Assembly: GCA_965222075.1 (NCBI GenBank)
Contig: OZ244937.1
Location: 1,920,001 to 1,984,000 of the forward strand
Source of the DNA: Candidatus Latescibacterota bacterium
GTDB taxonomy: Bacteria > Latescibacterota > UBA2968 > GCA-2709665
Length of the DNA: 64,000 nt
Direction: 5' to 3'
The notes beneath the pieces are model-generated. The model was not told where the DNA came from and searched no databases. It saw nothing but the letters and a program-made list of their open reading frames with translations. Position 1 is the stretch's first letter; the number at the start of each line of letters is the position of its first letter. A program made the position numbers and the translations under genes. Below, piece after piece: positions 58,713 through 64,000 of this stretch.

Positions 58713-61630
58713 ATCTTCAACCTTTCTCCCCTGGGATCGTAAAAGGCCCCGTGGTGAACACGGGCCTCTTCTAAGGATTCATTCATATAAATCGTAAAAG
58801 CGGCCCCATTCCGGGCAGCCAGATCCGCCGGCAGCCAGCACAGCCCGATCACCTCCTTCAGCGTGGGGCTGAACCTGCAGGAGGTGACCCAGCCGATAAT
58901 CTCCAGCTTCCCGTCCGGGGAGGGTGTGACAATCTGCAGCCCCTCCTCGGGAACCCCCCCGGGCCTGGCCATCTTGAAGCCCACCAGCCGCCTCCTGGGC
59001 CCCTCTTTTGAAACCCGCACCAGATTGCGTTTCCCCAGAAAGTCGCGCTTATCCAGCTTCACCGCCCACTCCATATCGGCCGAAATCGGATCCGTCAGCG
59101 CATCGGTATCCTGTCCGACAATCATGTGGCCCTTCTCCAGCCTCAGCACCCGCTGCGCCTCCATCCCAAAGGGCGAAATCCCGAATTCCTCTCCCGCATC
59201 CATCAAGGCCTCCCACAGATGGAGGGCATACCCGGACGGACAGTGGACCTCGTAGGACAGTTCCCCCGTAAACCCGATCCGAAGCAGCCGGCAGGGCACA
59301 CTCGCCACCCTGGCGGATCGAATGCGCATATAGGCGAACCCCTGGTTGGAAAGATCCCGGTCCGTCAGCTTTTGCAGCACCGCCCGCGCCTGCGGGCCGG
59401 CCAAATTGAACGCGGAGTAAGTCTCCGTCAGATCGACCGCATGCACGCCACCTCCCCACCCCGACTGCATCCACCACTGTATCCACTCGTAAACGCCCGT
59501 CGCACCGGAGGACGTGGTGCTCATATACCACTCCTCTTCCCTCACATGGGCGCACACCCCGTCGTCCATCACCACCCCTTCGTCGTTGCACATCGCCCCG
59601 TAGCGCACCCGCCCCAGGCCCAGCTTGCGCCACCGGTTCACATAGAGCCGTTCGAGCAACCCGGGCACACCGGGACCGGTCAGCTGCAGCTTGCCCAGCG
59701 TGCTCACGTCGATGATGCCGACCCGCTCGCGCACGGCCTGCACTTCGGCGGCCGGGTCCCCATAGTGTTCCGGGCGCAGCCACAGCCCGGACACCATCAT
59801 TTTGGCGCCCCGCGCCAGGTGCCAGTCGTGAACCCCGGTCACCTGTACCGGTTCCATATTCTGTCCGGCCAACGCGCCCAGTGTCACAGGAACAACCGGA
59901 GGCCGCGACGTCGTCCTGCCGGTCTCCCGGACCGTCCATCCGTTGGCGCGGGCGCACAGGTGGATGGTGTTCATCGAACACATTCTCCCCTGGCAGGGGC
60001 CCATCGAAATCGTACTGTACCGCTTCAGCAGCTCAATGCTGGTGTAGCCTTCTGCGATCGATGTCTCCAGATCCTGGTCGGTCACATCCTCACAAAAGCA
60101 CAAAAACCGCTTCTTTTTGCCCGGCACAAGCGTCCGGGGAGACGTACGCCCCGGTTCGGCGGCCTTCTGCCGAGCCAGTGCGGAGATCTCACCTGTCTTC
60201 GGCGCGCTCCCCAGGCTAAGATAAGCGGCAGCGTTTGCGCCGGCCAGCCGGCCTTCGTCAATCTGCGTATCAACCGCGTGTGTCCCCGCTGCTCGCCCGG
60301 CCTCGTACACGCCCGGCGGCAGGTCAACCGGCAGGTTCTCGGCCCGGTCGGAGTCGTAGTCCGATTTGCCGCCCGCCATATACACCAGCCCGTGGTCCGG
60401 CGTCCACCCCATACTGACCGCGATCAGATCGCATTTCAGCGACTGCGCAGGCAGGTCGGAGCCGACCCGGACAATCACCGCACCCCGAACCGCCCCCGAA
60501 CCGCGCGCATGCAAAACCGTATGCCCGTAGAAAACCGGAACCCCGGCGGAAGCCAGCGCCTCTGCATGTGGGCTGGCACTGGCCTCCCGCTCGTCCACAA
60601 CGGCCGCCACGCTCACCCCCGCAGCGTGGAGGTCGGCGGCTACGGCCCACCCGTCGTCGTTGGCCGTTACAATCGCGGCCCTCCTGCCGATGACAACGCC
60701 GTAGAGATGGAGCAGGCGCTGCACCCCGCTGCCCAGCATCACGCCCGGCAGGTCGTTGTTGCCAAACAGCAGCGGCGTTTCAACAGCCCCGGTTGCCGCC
60801 ACCAGCGACTTCGCCCGAACCTTGAACAGGCGCGTCCCCCTCACGGCCGAGAGCCAGTTGTCCTGGTACCAGCCCAGCACCGCCGTATCGGTATAAACCG
60901 CGATGTTTGGCTGTCCATCAAGCGCTGCCAGAAGGTCCGACAGCGTCCCGGAGGCGGTATCCCACGGGGCAAACCGGAGGTGGCCGCCCAGACTCGGATT
61001 CTCGTCGAACAACAGCACCCGCGCACCCTGTTCGGCGGCTGCTAAAGCCGCACCCATCCCGGCCGGACCGCCGCCGATCACGGCGACGTCGCCATAGAGA
61101 TATTCCTTATCAAATTTACCCGGCGTGGAACGGAGATCGACCTCACCCAGGCCGGCGGCGTGGCGCAACACACGCTCGTAGAGCGGCCACATCGATCGGG
61201 GCCGGATGAACGTCTTGTAGTAGAACCCCGCCGGCATAAAGCGGGTGCCCAGCTGGACCAGGGACAGCAGATCGTGAGAAAGCGACGGCCAGGCGTTCTG
61301 GGGCCGCACGTCCATATCCGCTTCCACCCGCCGCTGGCAGGACCGCACATTCGGTTCATCGCCCACCTGCACCAAACAGTTGGGGCAGTGCCCGGCGCAG
61401 CAGAGCAACCCGCGCGGGCGGTGGTACTTGAACGAACGGCTCAACACGCTCACGTCTGCCGCTGCCAGCGCCGAAGCGATGGTATCGCCCGGATGCGCGG
61501 CGTAGGCCTTACCCTCAAAAAAGAACCGGATGGTGGAAGAACGGTCGATCACCTCACCTTTTTGGGGGGAAAGCCGGTTGGATCTCACGACCTGCCCCGG
61601 GTCGGCCGCCACAACCTGTTCTGTCTGCAC
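58709..61630 (-). CDS. soxA: Sarcosine oxidase alpha / MgdC-like subunit
   Basis: 'GDTIASAL...RSFKYHRPRG', 'IGGGPAG', 'LKRYSTISMGPCQG' and a C-terminal GcvT domain 'FTGELSYE'; GTG start inferred. Confidence 0.88.
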   Translation of the reverse strand: MQTEQVVAADPGQVVRSNRLSPQKGEVIDRSSTIRFFFEGKAYAAHPGDTIASALAAADVSVLSRSFKYHRPRGLLCCAGHCPNCLVQVGDEPNVRSCQRRVEADMDVRPQNAWPSLSHDLLSLVQLGTRFMPAGFYYKTFIRPRSMWPLYERVLRHAAGLGEVDLRSTPGKFDKEYLYGDVAVIGGGPAGMGAALAAAEQGARVLLFDENPSLGGHLRFAPWDTASGTLSDLLAALDGQPNIAVYTDTAVLGWYQDNWLSAVRGTRLFKVRAKSLVAATGAVETPLLFGNNDLPGVMLGSGVQRLLHLYGVVIGRRAAIVTANDDGWAVAADLHAAGVSVAAVVDEREASASPHAEALASAGVPVFYGHTVLHARGSGAVRGAVIVRVGSDLPAQSLKCDLIAVSMGWTPDHGLVYMAGGKSDYDSDRAENLPVDLPPGVYEAGRAAGTHAVDTQIDEGRLAGANAAAYLSLGSAPKTGEISALARQKAAEPGRTSPRTLVPGKKKRFLCFCEDVTDQDLETSIAEGYTSIELLKRYSTISMGPCQGRMCSMNTIHLCARANGWTVRETGRTTSRPPVVPVTLGALAGQNMEPVQVTGVHDWHLARGAKMMVSGLWLRPEHYGDPAAEVQAVRERVGIIDVSTLGKLQLTGPGVPGLLERLYVNRWRKLGLGRVRYGAMCNDEGVVMDDGVCAHVREEEWYMSTTSSGATGVYEWIQWWMQSGWGGGVHAVDLTETYSAFNLAGPQARAVLQKLTDRDLSNQGFAYMRIRSARVASVPCRLLRIGFTGELSYEVHCPSGYALHLWEALMDAGEEFGISPFGMEAQRVLRLEKGHMIVGQDTDALTDPISADMEWAVKLDKRDFLGKRNLVRVSKEGPRRRLVGFKMARPGGVPEEGLQIVTPSPDGKLEIIGWVTSCRFSPTLKEVIGLCWLPADLAARNGAAFTIYMNESLEEARVHHGAFYDPRGERLKM

Positions 61631-61631
61631 G

Positions 61632-61910
61632 CTATGCGTCTCCGATCGCCTGATTGGATTGCCAGAGATACGTCCTGACCACCTCGTTTGTGCGGGTATG
61701 CCGCTCGGCCAGAAACCAGACCCCGCACCCGGCATTGTGAAACCACCACTCCGTCTGCACCCCCATCTTGTTATTGCACAGATAGAGATAGTCGGCCCAC
61801 ACCGCATCGTCCACCGCCTGAGGGTCCTGGGGACGCGGGTTGTATTCCCCCCCAAACCGAAACTCACTCACACTGCGACCCCCGCAGTTGGGACAGGCCA
61901 GAATGAGCAT
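61632..61910 (-). CDS. soxD: Sarcosine oxidase delta / MgdB-like subunit
   Basis: Zn-binding pattern 'CPNCGGR..SEFRFGGE', 'EWWFHNAGC..WF...R.T.TNE'. Confidence 0.88.
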   Translation of the reverse strand: MLILACPNCGGRSVSEFRFGGEYNPRPQDPQAVDDAVWADYLYLCNNKMGVQTEWWFHNAGCGVWFLAERHTRTNEVVRTYLWQSNQAIGDA

Positions 61911-61931
61911 AGACAACCCCTTCATAAATGT

Positions 61932-63170
61932 CTAATGTCCTACCGACGCCGCGCCCTTTTCTCCGACCAGACGGCCTTTTTCAAAACGGGACAAACGGAA
62001 GGACGCAATCAGGTCCGGAGTGCGTCCGGTGGCGATGCATTCGGCCAGCATTTTGCCGCAAATCGGAGAAGCCTTAAAACCGTACGTCCCCCACCCCACA
62101 TCCACCAGAAACCCCTCCACGGGCGTAAACCCCATAATCGGACTGTAGTCGGGGGTCATGTCACACAGGCCGGCCCACTGGCGCAGGATACGGACCTGGC
62201 TCAGGGACGGAAAGAGCTCAAGCACGTGCCCGGCGATGCCTTCCAGAAACGAGAGGGAAGAATCCATGGAATAGGAGGCAAACGGATCCACGCTGGCGCC
62301 CATCACCAGTTCGCCCCGGTCGGACTGGCTGATGTAGACGTGCAGGCTGCCGGAAACAACGACCACGTCTAAGAAGGGCTTGAGCGGCTCGGTCACGCAG
62401 GCCTGCAGGGGGAACGTGGTCAGGGGCAGCTTAACCCCGGCCATGTCCGCAATCGTGGACCCCCATCCGGCGGTGGCGTTGAGCACCGTCCCGGTTTTGA
62501 TACGGCCGCGATTCGTCTCCACCCCGCTCACCTTCCCGTTCCGCACCTCCATCCCGGTCACTTCCGTCTGCTGGTGAATGTGCACGCCGCGCACGTCTGC
62601 ATGGTGCGCATAGCCCCACACGACCGCATCGTGCCGGATGATGCCCCCGGGCGGGTGGTAGAGCGCAGCCAGGATGGGATAACGGGGATGGTCGCTGAGG
62701 TCAAGACAGGGACAGAGGCGGGCAATCTCGTCGGGCCGGATCAGATACGACGCGACCCCCTCAAGCCGGTTCACCTCGGCCCGGCGGCGCATCGTATTCA
62801 CCGCGCCGTCGGTATGGGCCAGCGTCAGGTGCCCCCGCTGGGAAAACATCACGTTGAAATCCAGCTCGGTGGCCATCTGCTCGTAGAGCTTCACGCTCTC
62901 ATCGTAAAACCGGACACCTTCGGGGGTGAGGTAATTGCTGCGGATAATGGCGGTATTGCGCCCGCTGCCGCCCGAGCCGATATAGCGCTTTTCCAGCACC
63001 GCCACATCGGTGATGCCGTATTCGCAGGCCAGATAGTAGGCACAGGCCAGCCCGTGCGCTCCCCCGCCGATAATCACCGCATCATAGCGGTCTTTCAGGC
63101 TGTGAGACCGCCACATCCTGGGCAGCCGACCGTTGCCGTTGAGGACCTGACGGATCAGTTTGATAGACAT
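61932..63170 (-). CDS. soxB: Sarcosine oxidase beta subunit
   Basis: 'IIGGGAHGLA', 'GRNTAIIRSNY', 'RHDAVVWGYA', 'GWGTYGFKASP' and C-terminal 'GAASVGH'. Confidence 0.9.
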   Translation of the reverse strand: MSIKLIRQVLNGNGRLPRMWRSHSLKDRYDAVIIGGGAHGLACAYYLACEYGITDVAVLEKRYIGSGGSGRNTAIIRSNYLTPEGVRFYDESVKLYEQMATELDFNVMFSQRGHLTLAHTDGAVNTMRRRAEVNRLEGVASYLIRPDEIARLCPCLDLSDHPRYPILAALYHPPGGIIRHDAVVWGYAHHADVRGVHIHQQTEVTGMEVRNGKVSGVETNRGRIKTGTVLNATAGWGSTIADMAGVKLPLTTFPLQACVTEPLKPFLDVVVVSGSLHVYISQSDRGELVMGASVDPFASYSMDSSLSFLEGIAGHVLELFPSLSQVRILRQWAGLCDMTPDYSPIMGFTPVEGFLVDVGWGTYGFKASPICGKMLAECIATGRTPDLIASFRLSRFEKGRLVGEKGAASVGH

Positions 63171-63290
63171 AATAATCCGGACGCTTGGGGAATTTCAGCC
63201 GGGCAGGCAGCAAAAAAACGCTTACATAATTGCGCTTGATCGGCCAAATGTCAAGCCAAAAATCGTAGGATTACGAACGCATCGTGGCTT

Positions 63291-64000
63291 CTAATGTCTC
63301 CCTTCCGCCCAGCCCGGCCCCCCACCAAACACCCGGTTCGTTCCCGCCAGCGGAATCCCGCACGTCATGGACGCCTCTGACGTCAATGCGCGCAGATCTT
63401 CAGGATCCAGGTCGTGCACGTCGGCCTTTCCGCATGCCCGGGCGAGAATCTGGACCTCCGACGTCATCGCCTGTAGCAGATTGGCGACCCGCTCCGCCGC
63501 CTCGTCGATATCCAGACGCGCCATCAGGTCGGGGTCCTGCGTGGTAATGCCAACAGGGCAACGCCCGGTGTGGCAGTGGTGGCAGTAATGCGGCTCGGTG
63601 TCCAGCTTTTGGTAATCCGAAACGTAAATCGGCTTGTTGCAGTTAAGTGCAATCAGGGCCGCCGTCCCAATATAAACGGCATCCGCCCCCAGCGCCATAG
63701 CCTTCGCCGCATCCACCCCGTTTCGGATGCCCCCCGCAATAATAAGCTGCACCTCGCCGAACACCCCGATATCTTCCAGCGCCGCCCGCGCCTCGCACAC
63801 CGCGGCCAGCGTGGGAATGCCCGTGTGTTCCTGAGAAATCTCGGCCGACGCCCCTGTGCCGCCCTCCATGCCGTCTACCACAACAACATCTGCGCCCGCC
63901 TTTGCCGCCAGCCTCACATCGTCAAACACCCGGGTCGCCCCCATCTTCACAAAAATCGGCGCCTGCCAGTCGGTCGCCTCCCGCAGTTCCTCGATCTTGA
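63291..64000 (-). CDS. Second FMN-binding glutamate synthase domain protein (MgsC-like), 5' end outside the window
   Basis: Frame open to the window edge (KIEELREATDWQAPIFVKMGATRVFDDV); 'GGIRNGVDAAKA' and 'CHHCHTGRCPVG'; paralog of 53297-54688. Confidence 0.85.
   Translation of the reverse strand, partial: KIEELREATDWQAPIFVKMGATRVFDDVRLAAKAGADVVVVDGMEGGTGASAEISQEHTGIPTLAAVCEARAALEDIGVFGEVQLIIAGGIRNGVDAAKAMALGADAVYIGTAALIALNCNKPIYVSDYQKLDTEPHYCHHCHTGRCPVGITTQDPDLMARLDIDEAAERVANLLQAMTSEVQILARACGKADVHDLDPEDLRALTSEASMTCGIPLAGTNRVFGGGPGWAEGRH

Noticed and set aside
48950-61045. Long plus-strand ORFs (548, 544, 453 and 639 aa)
   Set aside because: Antisense to tdm, the ACAD, the GS-like gene and soxA; no recognisable domains.

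Overview
GC-rich bacterial chromosomal segment, mostly minus-strand genes. I found no rRNA, tRNA, CRISPR array or intact transposase. The gene repertoire resembles Latescibacterota/Poribacteria-like genomes (inference only). The window has four blocks. (1) 1-9.7 kb: a PAC2-family gene and a sugar/polyol-type catabolic run (two TIM-barrel isomerases, tandem Gfo/Idh/MocA paralogs, an MDR dehydrogenase, a DUF6785-type transporter), plus a divergent enolase-superfamily gene behind a truncated RHH gene. (2) 9.9-17.2 kb: aspartate kinase, a TPR lipoprotein, hprK, a degenerate antiporter-like pair and an RnfD/UnbU-like membrane protein. (3) 17.3-39 kb: a co-oriented uncharacterised module of two OPT-like membrane proteins, a ~1540-aa pseudo-M28-peptidase/FtsX fusion, a VCBS/FG-GAP protein, two tandem ~1250-aa paralogs and a secreted hydrolase. 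(4) 42.4-64 kb: a methylated-amine island with tdm, gmaS/glnT, mgsABC, mgdA, soxBDAG, amt and fhs. It carries second copies of the GS-like ligase, MgsC and the FAD beta-subunit, and an acyl-CoA-dehydrogenase-fold gene and a flavin reductase flank tdm, but no tmm, dmmDABC or tmd/dmd is visible. The best candidates for undescribed systems are a glutamylation route for dimethylamine, a two-component flavin monooxygenase replacing Tmm/Dmm, and the OPT-like/pseudo-peptidase-FtsX uptake module. All calls come from reading motifs by eye; no searches were run.
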